Shown here: in pieces, positions 11,515 through 46,615 of the stretch
How the letters are laid out: each line of letters begins with the position of its first letter
Position numbering within the stretch: the first letter of the stretch is position 1
From: Macrostomum lignano
Taxonomy: Eukaryota
Reading direction: 5' to 3'
Assembly: GCA_002269645.1 (NCBI GenBank)
Contig: NIVC01000793.1
Coordinates: forward strand, 372,001 to 436,000
DNA: 64,000 bases
Position numbers and translations under genes: made by a program
The notes under the pieces: model-generated
Told to the model about the DNA's origin: nothing
The model's input: only the letters and a program-made list of their open reading frames with translations
Database searches by the model: none

Positions 11515-12123
11515 GTGAAGCCGCTGCTGCAACACAACAGGAGAGTCTGCTGGCGTACCTTCCAGCATCGCGTTGACGACTCCATGCTGTTCAACAAGTC
11601 CTGGACTGAATACAGCGAGGGATTCGGTCAGGGAGAGCAGAGCAACTTCTGGCTGGGTCTGGACGCGCTTCACCAGGCCTCAAAGGACGGACTTCGTCGA
11701 GTTCGCTGGGAGCTGAACCTGTGGACTGGGGCGCCATTCTGGGCCGAGAATGAGCACTTTGTTGTTGCCGGGCAGGATGAGCTGTACCGACTGGACCTAG
11801 GCCCTCTGGATTCGAATCGCTCGACGTTGGGAATGTGCGGCCTTGGCCACACTGGATCTCCTTACAACCAGCAGTTCACAACCTATGACAGCGACAATGA
11901 CAAGCAGAATAAATCAAACTGCGCAATTGGCTACCAGTCCGGCTGGTGGTTCAACAGGTGCTTCTGTTTCAACCCGAACGGTCGCTATGTTGACTTTGAA
12001 GCCACAGAGCAGGGACAAACTGGCGGTCCTGCCATGGCCTACACATGGCCCGGTTCGGATTATCCGTTCGTTCTTTGGTACTCTCACTACCGCTTCGAGT
12101 GTCTGATTACCGAGTTCAACTGA
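11515..12123 (+). CDS. Fibrinogen C-terminal (FReD) domain exon
   Basis: WRTFQHR, FNKSWTEYSEGFG, NFWLGLDALH, FTTYDSDND, GWWFNRCFCFNPNG; acceptor TTGCAG|GTG phase 0. Confidence 0.92.
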   Translation: MKPLLQHNRRVCWRTFQHRVDDSMLFNKSWTEYSEGFGQGEQSNFWLGLDALHQASKDGLRRVRWELNLWTGAPFWAENEHFVVAGQDELYRLDLGPLDSNRSTLGMCGLGHTGSPYNQQFTTYDSDNDKQNKSNCAIGYQSGWWFNRCFCFNPNGRYVDFEATEQGQTGGPAMAYTWPGSDYPFVLWYSHYRFECLITEFN

Positions 12124-12571
12124 GAATACAGCTGATTCACTTTTACAAGACGACACCAGAGCAAAGTGTCGTTCGAAATGCACTTATGGTGCCTTAACAG
12201 CCAAGATTCAGTGCGTTTAATACATGTAGATATAAATATACATCGAATGCCGAAGCGTAAAAAACGGAAGCGATGCTGGCTTATCTCGATTGTTTAAGCC
12301 ATACGAAATACATGTATTTATAGTAAGCTGAGCAAGCAGTTATTTAAAAAATCTAATGCTCATTTCAAGCTCCAGCACCCAGCGCGAATGAAATAGCCTG
12401 CCAGCTGGAGTCGCCGATGGCGCAACAGGTCCGCTTGGACGTTCTTGACTAAGCTCGTCGCTGATATTGAAGGCGGTGGCCGCGGGTACAGGGGCAGAGC
12501 AGCTCAGCGGTAAACGCGCCCGACTCTTGCGTCACGGCATTCATTTGGGGCAATTGTGCCGGGGGGGGGGG

Positions 12572-12814
12572 GTCACAAACCCGAAAAATTACAAACTCCG
12601 AAAAGAGCTTTCTATCATAAACCTGAAATATCATAACTCAGAAATTAATAAGAGGACCCCTCATAAACCCGAAATATCATAAACCCGAAATATCATAACT
12701 CCGAAAGTTCTAGCCATGTCCAAAACTATTTTGATTTCCGGAGTTGTGATATTTCGGGTTTGTGATCTTTCGGGTTTGTGATATTTCGGGTTTGTGATAT
12801 TTCGGGTTTGTGAC
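12572..12814. mobile_element. Foldback MITE-like element with inverted 16-bp subterminal repeats
   Basis: GTCACAAACCCGAAA (12572) and TTTCGGGTTTGTGAC (12800); internal AAACCCGAAATATCA units switch orientation mid-element. Confidence 0.6.
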
Positions 12815-13657
12815 GGGAAGTGCTTTCGAAGTTGTGATTTTTTTGGTTTATGATGGCGACCCATCTGATTATAACATATTATCGAGTATTTGTTGTCTGA
12901 CAGACCGTCGGAGCTAAGGAAGGTTTCGAATATCCGTGCGATTTCATTTACTCTTTTCAATTTCAAATTAATAGCTGAGTCAGCTGCAAACATTGATGGG
13001 GACCCTTTTGGAGCAAATATATCGCTGAGAATAGCTACCGGTATACGGTAATTACTTATAATTGATATAAAAATCGAGTTCTCATTAAGTACATGCACTC
13101 TGAGGTTTCATCAAAGAGTATTGTGCCATCCTAATAGCTTCTTTTGGCATTATGCAGCGCAGTCTACAGCAGATTGTGTCAGTTAAAACTCTTTGTCCCA
13201 GAGAAATTAATCTAATAGTAATACTCGTCCTTAATCCCATAAGTTCTATAAAACGCTCTTTGTCCTGGGCATCGTGCTACACTCCCTAACCCAGTCCCCC
13301 CTCTCTCTCAGCCCTCCTAATCTTTCCCCAAGCTCTGTCCCTCTCCCGCCCCAGAGTGTACAGTCAAGGGTGAACTGGATGTCTCAGAACCCAAGGCCAC
13401 GCGCAGACCAATGAGAGAGCTTACACGCTCGTTGCTATTTCAAGCCATTTATATATAGCGATTTGTCATATTGCATTCAGTGTTAGCAGATTTAACTTCG
13501 CAGTTGGAGTCAGTCGGTCGGAGAACTGGAGAACCTGTATTAGCCATGCCAAAACTGTAATACATTGGAGAATGGACGCACGGGATCAGCAGATTGAAGT
13601 CGGACTCGAGCATCTTGGAGGCTGAACAAATTGCTGACTACTGCCAACAAGACGACA

Positions 13658-35907
<22,250 letters not shown>

Positions 35908-36184
35908 TTCGAAAAGCACCTGTTTGAGATATTCTGTCTGCCAATGTCTGTTCGCTCTGATGCCTTGTAAAAATTTGCTAAAAATTCTTTAAATAGCGTT
36001 TGCAAGCAAGCTAGTTAATTGCTTTTTTTTATTTGATTTAATCATTTCTAATCTGGTATCTGCTTGCAGTTTTAAGCCTTCTTACAATATTGTGCGAATA
36101 AATATAACCTTTATTGCTTGAGTTCGTTTCCATAAAAAGAATAGTTTAAGCCTTCGACTTTGTCTTTTGGTAAGATAAAATTAA

Positions 36185-36995
36185 AATGGATTGCTAATCT
36201 AGCCAACATCATGGATGAAGGAATATAATAGATTGCTAATCTAGCCAATAATCTAGCCAGAATGGATTGCTAGTCTAGTCTATCATTGATATAGTACAGA
36301 ATGGATTGCTAATCTAGTCTATCATAGATAATAGTACAGAATGGATTGCTAATCTAGTCTAGCATAGCTAAAAGTACAGAATGGATTGCTAATCTAGTCC
36401 AGCATAGATAATAGTACAGAATGGATTGCTAATCTAGTCCAGCATAGATAATAGTACAGAATGGATTGCTAATCTAGTCTAGCATAGATAAAAGTACAGA
36501 ATGGATTGCTAATCTAGCCAATATTACCGATGAAAGAATAGAATGGATTGCTAATCTAGTCCAGCATAGATAATAGTACAGAATGGATTGCTAATCTAGT
36601 CCAGCATAGATAATAGTACAGAATGGACTGCTAATCTAGCCAATATCACGGATGAAAGAATAGAATGGATTGCATATCTAGTCTAGCACAGCTAAAAGTA
36701 CAGAATGGATTGCTAATCTAGTCTATCATAGATAATAGTACAGAATGGATTGCTAGTCTAGTCTATCATAGATAAAAGTACAGAATGGATTGCTAGTCTA
36801 GTCTATCATAGATAAAAGTACAGAATGGATTGCTAATCTAGTCTAACATAGGTAAAAGTATAGAATGGATTGCTAATCTAGTCTATCATAGATAATGGTA
36901 CAGAATGGATTGCTAGTCTAGTCTATCATAGATAAAAGTACAGAATGGATTGCTAATCTAGTCTAGCATAGATAAAAGTACAGAATGGACTGCTA
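36185..36995. repeat. 40-bp minisatellite (AGAATGGATTGCTAATCTAGTCTAGCATAGATAAAAGTAC)
   Basis: About 19 units. Confidence 0.93.
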
Positions 36996-37019
36996 ATCCA
37001 CCCGTGTGATTCACAGTCA

Positions 37020-37200
37020 TGAACGCCAACCCCCAGGCACAGAGACTGTACATGCCTAACGATTAGAAAATCAGGGCCGATGTACACCCTGAGTGAGCGT
37101 GTGTATGAGTTCAGGAGTCAGCGGAATGCGCGCAGAATTGCCTCGCCCAGTGGTTGACGAGACCATATCGTCAAAAACGTCGCACCAGAGGGCCCACAAC
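37020..37200 (+). mobile_element. 5'-truncated diverged SINE of the 5394 family
   Basis: CCCCAGGCACAGAGACTGTACATGCCTAACGAT..GGGCCGATGTACAC..GGAGTCAGCGGAATG..CACAACC. Confidence 0.7.
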
Positions 37201-37949
37201 CTGACTGAGGTGAATTTATCTCAGCGCAGTGCCCGAGAATGAAGACAGGCAGCTCAAGCCCGCAGCCACGCACCGCTGGCAGGTGACGAGTTCATCCGAG
37301 TGGAAACTCGGAGTCGCTAAGCTGTCGGCAGCAACCCCCTCCTCGCCATAGTGACTGGGGCTCGAGCAGCCGCTGTCAAATCCCAGTCAGAAGCGCCCGC
37401 GAGTTCAGCTTTTGAGCAGCCCGAGTGGCGGATTTATCCAGCTGCCTGGGAGCCCGTCGGGCGTGATGGGGCTGGGGATAAAAGGATTAACGACTTTGGG
37501 GGATTTTGGAGGAGAGGATAAAACAGAATAGGCGGTTGATGGGCAGAGGTGATTAGGCGAATGACAGAAAACTAAGGCTGGGGGGATTTCAAGCTAGAAC
37601 AGGTGCAAACGAGGCCAACATGCAGTTTCTGTCAGCCAAACAGAGTCGCACAAATGAATGCGAAATGATTCGGGCATTTTCGAGCATTATTTTTTGCAAG
37701 TTTTCCTACTCAAATTTCAACTGAAATCCCAAAAAATACGCAATACTCGAATTCCCATCCCAGGAATTCCTCATCCTGGAAGTTTCCTTATCCTTGAAAT
37801 TCTCTATTCTTAAAATACCACTCCATGAAATTCCTCATTAATAAATTATAATTATACAAAAATTCCCTACCCATGAAATTCTCCAGCCTCTAGATTCCCC
37901 ATTATTACCATCTCCCATTTTAAAAACTCCCGCCTTGAAATTCCCCATA

Positions 37950-38445
37950 CTTCAAATGCCCCCCATCCCTGAAATTCACCATCCCTAAAATTCCCCATCC
38001 TTAAATTCCCGATCCCTGAAATACCCCATCCCCGAAATTCCCCATCCCTGAAATTCCCCATCCCTGAAATTCCCCATCCCTGAAATTCCCCATCCCTGAA
38101 ATTCCCCATCCCTAAAATTCCCCATCCCTGAAATTCCCCATCCCTGAAATTCCCCATCCCTGAAATTCCCCATCCCTAAAATTCCCCATCCCTGAAATTC
38201 CCCATCCCTAAAATTCCCCATCCCTGAAATTCCCCATCCCTGAAATTCCCCATCCCTGAAATTCCCCATCCCTAAAATTCCCCATCCCTGAAATACCCCA
38301 TCCCCGAAATTCCCTATCCGTGAAATTCCCCATCCGTGAAATTCCCCATCCTTGAAATTCCACATCCCTAAAATTCCCCATCCCTGAAATTCCCCATCCC
38401 TGAATATCCCCATCCCTGAAATTCCCCATCCCTGACTTCCCCATT
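37950..38445. repeat. 16-bp minisatellite (AAATTCCCCATCCCTG)
   Basis: About 30 units. Confidence 0.93.
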
Positions 38446-39039
38446 TTAACGATTCCAAATTTCAAATTCCTTGAATTCGACCATCCTCCAAATTTGCAAT
38501 CCGCTGTTGTCCTCCCCCCCCCCCCGAAATCCGCAATCCGGGAACTAAAATTCTGCCGTGCTCAGATCCCAGAGCAGCTGAGCAGAGAGGAGCAATCAGC
38601 AGAGCAGGCCAGCCTCCATCCCGACTCAGCTGCATATATTTCCCCTTGGTAGTTGCTTGTGTTCCGAGCTCGAGTGCAAAGTTTGTCTCACTGCCGTCCT
38701 CACCGACAACAAGCGAGGCCCCTTGCGCCATCGATAATTCGAAGTCTGCAGCATGCCCGCCTCCGCAGCTGCCTCCCTCATCCCTCCACTGTCTCTATTG
38801 CATTCGGGGGGGGGGTAACCAATTCTCATTATAATGCGAATACTGTGTGTTGCCAGCGTGTCTGCCCCCGTGTGTCTGTGCGATCATTTATTCAATCCGC
38901 TACACTCCACAAGGCCATGGATTTCTGGATAAAAGAATCTGGAAGTTGAACAAGGACAACGAGGAATACATTGCGCCTAGTATCAAGTTCATCAAGTTTG
39001 TCAAGTTCATCGAATTCGAATTTGAACTAAGTGGAACTT

Positions 39040-39380
39040 AGTAGAACTACCGGTAGAACTACAGTATAGCATTGGTAGAACTAAAGTAGGATTGGTAGAA
39101 CTACAGTAGAATTACCAGTAGTAGCATTACCAGTAGAATTGCAGTACCATTACCGGTAGAACTGCAGTAGCATTACCAGTAGAACTGCAGTAGCATTACC
39201 AGTAGAACTACAGTAGCATTACCAATAGAACTACAGTAGCATTACCAGTAGAACTACAGTAGCATTACCAGTAGAACTACAGTAGCATTACCAGTAGAAA
39301 TACGGCAGCATTACCAGTAGAACTACAGTAGCATTACCAGTAGAACTACAGTAGCATTACCAGTAGAACTACAGTAGCAT
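39040..39380. repeat. 23-bp minisatellite (AGTAGAACTACAGTAGCATTACC)
   Basis: About 14 units. Confidence 0.9.
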
Positions 39381-40269
39381 CTATACTTTTAGCACTCCAA
39401 AACCTAACTAAACATACAAAATCTGCATGGTTTGTAGTCGAGCAGAAGATCCTCGGAGAAGGAATAGGAGAGCTTAGAGAATCAGAGACTGCCAGGGCAG
39501 AGAAGATATGGAGAGATTAATTTTCGGACTGGGCAGGGACACTAACTTAAAGCATACACAAATATAAAAACCACAAAAACGCGCTCGTGATTTTCATAGA
39601 AAACAATTTTTTTTCGCATACAGAAAAGCGACGCGTGACATGCAGGCCTTCTGAACTGCCTGTGCGATTGCTATTAATGGGAACTATCAGTACTCGATCC
39701 CGCGTTTTGGCCCGATCAACAGGTGGCGCCCCCTCCCGTAGACTTTTGAGACTGAGATTTCGCTTCTCTCCTGCCTGCTCCCAAGCCAGACTCTTTCTTA
39801 ATCGCATTAGCGCAGATTAGCTTATAGAAGAAGAGGAAGAAAGGTCAACTGTTAAGGAGGAGCTCCATTTAGATAGAAATCATCTCCGATCGGAGCATTG
39901 GCTATATATTAGAGTAATTTCTATTATTCAATATAGAAAGGGTCGGGCAGCAGTCGGCTCAAAGCTTCAGAAATCCCCAACTTCCAGTTCTTTTGGGGAT
40001 CTTTGCGATTCCTCGCCAACTATTCAAATGGAAATTTCACCTCCCCCAAGCCGATCAAGCCATTGAATTCCCTAGCGAGTTATAATATTGACAAAGTGGC
40101 CGGGGCTTCCAGGCTGGCAGTTTCCAAGTCGGCGGGAGAGCGGGGGGCCAAGGCCGGCTCTGTGATTGATCGGACCGGCTCGGGACTTTAGCTCAGAGAT
40201 TTTCGACTTGGCCAGATTAGACTGTGGAGCAGATTGCACCACGGGAGAGCGGGCCTCGCCCGGGCAGCA

Positions 40270-40640
40270 TGAGGGAGAGGGGCTGAGGGAGAGGGGCTGA
40301 GGGAGAGGGGCTGGGGGAGAGGGGCTGAGGGAGAGGGGCTGGGGGAGAGGGGCTGGGGGAGAGGGGCTGAGGGAGAGGGGCTGAGGGAGAGGGTCTGAGG
40401 GAGAAGGGATGAGGTAGAGGGGCTGAGGAAGTGGGGCTGAGGGAGAGGGGCTGAGGGAGAGGGGCTGGGGGAGAGGGGCTGGGGGAGAGGGGCTGGGGAG
40501 AGGGGCTGAGGGGGCTGGGGGAGAGGGGCTGAGGTAGATGGGCTGAGGGAGTGGGGCTGAGGGAGTGGGGCTGAGGGAGTGGGGCTAAAGGAGAGGGGCT
40601 GAAGGAGAGGGGCTAAGGGAGAGGGGCTAAAGGAGAGGGT
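40270..40640. repeat. 15-bp G-rich minisatellite (GAGGGGCTGAGGGAG-like)
   Basis: About 24 units. Confidence 0.88.
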
Positions 40641-40659
40641 TTCTAGCTGACAATTCCTA

Positions 40660-40857
40660 TAATCTGAGGGCCGAACAATCACTCTGTAATCTATAATCTG
40701 AGGGCCGAACAATCACTCTGTAATCTATAATCTGAGGGCCGAACAATCACTCTGTAATCGATAATCTGAGGGCCGAACAATCACTCTGTAATCGATAATC
40801 TGAGGGCCGAACAATCACTCTGTAATCGATAATCTGAGGGCCGAACAATCACTCTGT
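40660..40857. repeat. 34-bp minisatellite (ATAATCTGAGGGCCGAACAATCACTCTGTAATCK)
   Basis: About 6 units. Confidence 0.9.
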
Positions 40858-41129
40858 AAAATGGCCTCAGCCGCAACTTTGCTGTGCTTGGCGCGATCGG
40901 AAATCAAAGTTGACTTGGCAAACACGCACAAAGTCCATTCCTCTTTTCAGGGCAAACACGGCCCTTCTCGCCAAGCGGTGTAGCTACAGGTCGGAACAAA
41001 AGTTAACGTGAACTAAAGAGCGAATCCACAGAGTCCCAACTTGACATGTGTTTGCTCAATCAATCCACTTAGTGAGTGGATCGCAGATCCGTATGGGCTT
41101 TAACTAAGCTTTCTCTCTTTAACTAAGCC

Positions 41130-42465
41130 GGGAGGGGGTTGCAGAGGGGTTGGGGTCCACTCTGAGTGGAGGGAGAGGGTTGCAGAGGGGTTGGTGTCCA
41201 CACTGAGTGGGGGAGAGGGTTGCAGAGCGGTTGGTGTCCACACTGAGTGAGAGAGGGGGTTGCAGAGGGGTTGGTGTCTACATTAAGTGACAGAGGAGGT
41301 TGCAGAAGGGTTGGTGTCTACACTAAGTGACAGAGGGGGTTGCAGAGGGGTTGGTGTCCACACTGAGTGGGGGGAGAGGGTTGCAGAGGGGTTGGTGTCC
41401 ACACTGAGTGAGAGAGGGGGTTGCAGAGGGGTTGGTGTCTACATTAAGTGACAGAGGGGGTTGCAGAGTGGTTGGTGTCCACACTGAGTGGGGGGAGAGG
41501 GTTGCAGAGGGGTTGGTGTCCACACTAAGTGACAGAGGGGGTTGCAGAGTGGTTGGTGTCCACACTGAGTGGGGGGAGAGGGTTGCAGAGGGGTTGGTGT
41601 CCACACTGGTGAGAGAGGAGGTTGCAGAGGGGTTGGTGTCCACACTGAGTGAGAGAGGGGGTTGCAGAGGGGTTGGGTCCACACTAAGTGACAGAGGGGG
41701 TTGCAGAGGGGTTGGGTCCACACTGAGTGACAGAGGAGGTTGCAGAGGGGTTGGGTCCACACTAAGTGACAGAGGGGGTTGCAGAGGGGTTGGGTCCACA
41801 CTGAGTGACAGAGGAGGTTGCAGAGGGGTTGGGTCCACACTAAGTGACAGAGGGGGTTGCAGAGGGGTTGGGTCCACACTGAGTGACAGAGGAGGTTGCA
41901 GAGGGGTTGGGTCCACACTAAGTGACAGAGGGGTTGCAGAGGGGTTGGGTCCACACTGAGTGACAGAGGAGGTTGCAGAGGGGTTGGGTCCACACTAAGT
42001 GACAGAGGGGTTGCAGAGGGGTTGGGTCCACACTAAGTGACAGAGGGGGTTGCAGAGGGGTTGGGTCCACACTAAGTGACAGAGGGGGTTGCAGAGGGGT
42101 TGGGTCCACACTAAGTGACAGAGGGGGTTGCAGAGGGGTTGGGTCCACACTAAGTGACAGAGGGGGTTGCAGAGGGGTTGGGTCCACACTAAGTGACAGA
42201 GGGGGTTGCAGAGGGGTTGGGTCCACACTAAGTGACAGAGGGGGTTGCAGAGGGGTTGGGTCCACACTAAGTGACAGAGGGGGTTGCAGAGGGGTTGGGT
42301 CCACACTAAGTGACAGAGGGGGTTGCAGAGGGGTTGGGTCCACACTAAGTGACAGAGGGGGTTGCAGAGGGGTTGGGTCCACACTAAGTGACAGAGGGGG
42401 TTGCAGAGGGGTTGGTGTCTACATTAAGTGACAGAGGGGGTTGCAGAGGGGTTGGGGTCCACACG
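41130..42465. repeat. 38-40-bp minisatellite (GGGGGTTGCAGAGGGGTTGGGTCCACACTAAGTGACAGA)
   Basis: About 34 units. Confidence 0.95.
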
Positions 42466-43034
42466 GACAGAGGGCTGTCAATTCTAAAGTCATATTCCCC
42501 TTGATCTCATTCAGAACGTAACCATCGACTCCTTGTAACCACTATTAAGAAAATGAAATTGCTTTATGAACAACAAATTTATATTAATATGACAGCAAAA
42601 CGCACACAGAACTGCGACACATAAGACACAAGAGGGCAATGCCTTGCAATTTCATATGGATGATCTGAGTCGGGGCGGGAGGGGGGTCGATCGAAGATCG
42701 AAAATTTCCATGCCGCTTCTCCCCCCCCCCCCTGCATCCGCTGCTGCGAGTTCCGCAGAGATTTCCGCGCAGACAGAATCGCCCCGCCCTCGTCCTCAAC
42801 AGCAGATCCCGGGCCCAGATACGGCAGATATCTCATGCCGATCAAAGAGAGGCAGAAGTGCAGCGGCAGCTCGGGAGACACGGCGGGGACGGCCGACAGG
42901 CTGTTGGAGGACAAACGGCTTGGGGATGGAGTAGGGGAGGAGGGAAGGGGGCAGTTGGAGCGGCACTCTTGTTGCTATAAGGAAAACATACTTCACTGGC
43001 TGCTCCGATATTATTTCCTGTGCTTGGACTGCTC

Positions 43035-43058
43035 CTTTTTTCCCGGATCTGATGGTGT

Positions 43059-43099
<41 letters not shown>

Positions 43100-43594
43100 T
43101 CTGTGCCTGTGTCTGTGCCTGTGTCTGTGTCTGTGTCTGTGTCTGTGCCTGTGTCTGTGTCTGTGCCTGTGTCTGTGCCTGTGTCTGTGCCTGTGTCTGT
43201 GCCTGTGCCTGTGTCTGTGCCTGTGCCTGTGTCTGTGCCTGTGCCTGTGCCTGTGTCTGTGCCTGTGTCTGTGTCTGTGTCTGTGTCTGTGTCTGTGTCT
43301 GTGCCTGTGCCTGTGCCTGTGCCTGTGTCTGTGCCTGTGCCTGTGCCTGTGTCTGTGCCTGTGTCTGTGTCTGTGTCTGTGTCTGTGCCTGTGTCTGTGC
43401 CTGTGGCTGTGCCTGTGTCTGTGCCTGTGTCTGTTTCTGTGTCTGTGTCTGTGTCTGTGTCTGTGTCTGTGCCTGTGCCTGTGTCTGTGCCTGTGCCTGT
43501 GTCTGTGCCTGTGTCTGTGCCTGTGTCTGTGTCTGTGTCTGTGTCTGTGTCTGTGTGTCTGTGCCTGTGTCTGTGCCTGTGCCTGTGCCTGTGT

Positions 43595-43665
<71 letters not shown>

Positions 43666-44309
43666 TCTGTGCCTGTGTCTGTGTCTGTGTCTGTGCCTGT
43701 GTCTATGTCTGTGTCTGTGCCTGTGTCTGTGCCTGTGTCTGTGTCTATGTCTGTGTCTGTGACTGTGTCTATGTCTGTCTCCATGCCTGTGCCTGTGTCT
43801 GTGCCTGTGTCTGTGCCTGTGTCTGTGTCTGTGTCTGTGTCTGTGTCTGTGTCTGTGTCTGTGCCTGTGTCTGTGTCTGTGCCTGTGTCTGTGCCTGTGT
43901 CTGTGCCTGTGCCTGTGTCTGTGCCTGTGCCTGTGTCTGTGCCTGTGCCTGTGCCTGTGTCTGTGCCTGTGTCTGTGTCTGTGTCTGTGTCTGTGTCTGT
44001 GTCTGTGCCTGTGCCTGTGCCTGTGCCTGTGTCTGTGCCTGTGCCTGTGCCTGTGTCTGTGCCTGTGTCTGTGTCTGTGTCTGTGTCTGTGCCTGTGTCT
44101 GTGCCTGTGCCTGTGCCTGTGTCTGTGCCTGTGTCTGTTTCTGTGTCTGTGTCTGTGTCTGTGTCTGTGCCTGTGCCTGTGTCTGTGCCTGTGCCTGTGT
44201 CTGTGCCTGTGCCTGTGTCTGTGCCTGTGTCTGTGCCTGTGTCTGTGTCTGTGTCTGTGTGTCTGTGCCTGTGTCTGTGCCTGTGCCTGTGCCTGTGTCT
44301 GTGCCTGTG

Positions 44310-44368
<59 letters not shown>

Positions 44369-44565
44369 TCTGTGCCTGTGTCTGTGTCTGTGTCTGTGCC
44401 TGTGTCTATGTCTGTGTCTGTGCCTGTGTCTGTGCCTGTGTCTGTGTCTATGTCTGTGTCTGTGACTGTGTCTATGTCTGTCTCCATGCCTGTGCCTGTG
44501 CCTGTGCCTGTGTCTGTGTCTGTCTCCATGCCTGTGCCTGTGTCTGTGTCTGTGTCTGTGCCAGT
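43035..44565. repeat. (GTGYCT)n hexamer microsatellite containing a ~703-bp duplication
   Basis: Rare variants recur at a 702-704 bp offset. Confidence 0.93.
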
Positions 44566-44613
44566 GTCTGGTTCTATTTTGCAAAATAGGCCTAAAGGAA
44601 TGCCATTTAATAA

Positions 44614-44615
<2 letters not shown>

Positions 44616-44692
<77 letters not shown>
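44616..44692. repeat. (CAG/CAA)n trinucleotide repeat
   Basis: About 25 units, no coding context. Confidence 0.9.
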
Positions 44693-45159
44693 GCTACCCC
44701 CAGTCAGTTTTTGCCATCCTGCCCTGCTACATCGGGACTGCAGTTTGGCTTTAAAATATGGCGCGAAAACCCTATCCAAGAGACATTTTTGTACTCGTAG
44801 ATAATTTCTTTTTTCGATTTTTTCTGCTTACTTTATCTTTCATCCGGGTTCACTTATTCTCGCACCTGCACAGGGCGGGGTGCAGCTTAAGCGCTGGAAG
44901 CCAAACCGGCCCCACCACGAAAGTGGGGCCAATTATAAACAGTGAAGGAGCTGCAGTGCCGCTCAGCTGGCTAAGCCAGGCTTGTTTAGCACAGTCACAA
45001 ATTAAAGAGCTTCGCCAAGTCTATTGCGTGTAAATAGTTCACAGTGTATTTTTATTCAAGGCTGGAGAATAGTTTCTATCAAGCAATTGAATCAATATTT
45101 GGAAACAATTGAATACTTAGTCTAACAAACATTTAGTGTCAAAGATAGAAATGTCAAAA

Positions 45160-45675
45160 ATAGTGTCAAATAATGTCAGATGGAATCAGATGGTGTCAGA
45201 TAGTGTCAGATGGCGTCAGATAGTGTAATATAGTGTCAGATGCTGTCAGATAGTGTCAGATAGTGTCAGGTGGTGTCAGATAGTGTCAGAAAGTGTCAGA
45301 TAGTGTCAGGTGGTGTCAGATAGTGTCAGATAGTCTCAGAAAGTGTCAGGTGGTGTCAGGTGGTGTCAGATAGTGTCAAAGGGTGTCAGATAGTGTCAGA
45401 TAGTGTCAAAGGGTGTCAGATAGTGTCAGATAGTGTCAGATGGTGTCAGATAGTGTCAGATATTTTCAGATAGTGTCAAAGGGTGTCAGATAGTGTCAGA
45501 TGGTGTCAGCTGGTGTCAAATGGTGTCAGATGGTGTCAACTGGTGTCAGATGGTGTCAGATAGTGTCAAATGGTGTCAGATAGTGTCAGATAGTGTCAAA
45601 TGGTGTCAGATAGTGTCAGATAGTCACAGGTGGTGTCAGGTGGTGTCAGGTAGTGTCAGGTGGTGTCAGGTGGTG
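45160..45675. repeat. 10-bp repeat (GTGTCAGATA / GTGTCAGATG)
   Basis: About 50 units. Confidence 0.92.
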
Positions 45676-46104
45676 CTAGACAAGCACGCACAAGTACATT
45701 TATCAATCCCCTATTCATGATAGGTGACTGAAAGAAAACTGACAGAATGAAAGCTGAAATGGAAAATAATAATATAATTGATACTGACAGATCTGTGACA
45801 GAATGGGGATAGAAGGGCGAAATGCAATTTCCCTCAGAGACTCAGACGTAGTCGCTGGTCAGTCACCCAAACACCTGTCGCAGCTAGTATCCTGTTTCTA
45901 TGCAAAATAAATCAATAAAATCTGATAAGCACAAAAGGAATGCACACAAAATCCCTTTTTTTTGCTCGATTCGCGATCCAAGCAGTGCAATGATTCTGTC
46001 TGTACGTGATTAAAAATGATTTCGGTGCTGTTGCTTTGCTGACCGATACGGATCACTCTGTGGGTGCCCGCTAAGCCTTATCAAACCAGACCCTGTGGTA
46101 CGCT

Positions 46105-46615
46105 CGTAAGTCCCCACTTTGAGCAGATGCTTAGGTAAGTCCCCACTTTAAGCAGATGCTCAGGTAAGTCCCCTACTTTAAGCAGATGCTCAGGTAAGTC
46201 CCCACTTTAAGTAGATGCTCAGGTAAGTCCCCACTTTAAGCAGATGCTCAGGTAAGTCCCCTACTTTAAGCAGATGCTCAGGTAAGTCCCCTACTTTAAG
46301 CAGATGCTCAGGTAAGTCCCCACTTTAAGCAGATGCTCAGGTAAGTCCCCACTTTGAGCAGATGCTCAAGTAAGTCCCCACTTTGAGCAGATGCTCAGGT
46401 AAGTCCCCACTTTGAGCAGATGCTCAGGTAAGTCCCCACTTTGAGCAGATGCTCAGGTAAGTCCCCACTTTGAGCAGATGCTCAGGTAAGTCCTCACTTT
46501 GAGCAGATGCTCAGGTAAGTCCCCCACTTTGAGCAGATGCTCAGGTAAGTCCTCATACTTTGAGCAGATGCTCAGGTAAGTCCCCACTTTGAGCAGATGC
46601 TCAGGTAAGTCCTCA
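46105..46615 (+). repeat. 29-30-bp minisatellite (CAGGTAAGTCCCCACTTTGAGCAGATGCT), most units a consensus splice donor
   Basis: 18 units, 15 with exact CAGGTAAGT. Confidence 0.95.

Noticed and set aside
42796-44800. Poly-HR / TD / QA / CV ORFs
   Set aside because: Frames of a (GTGYCT)n microsatellite.
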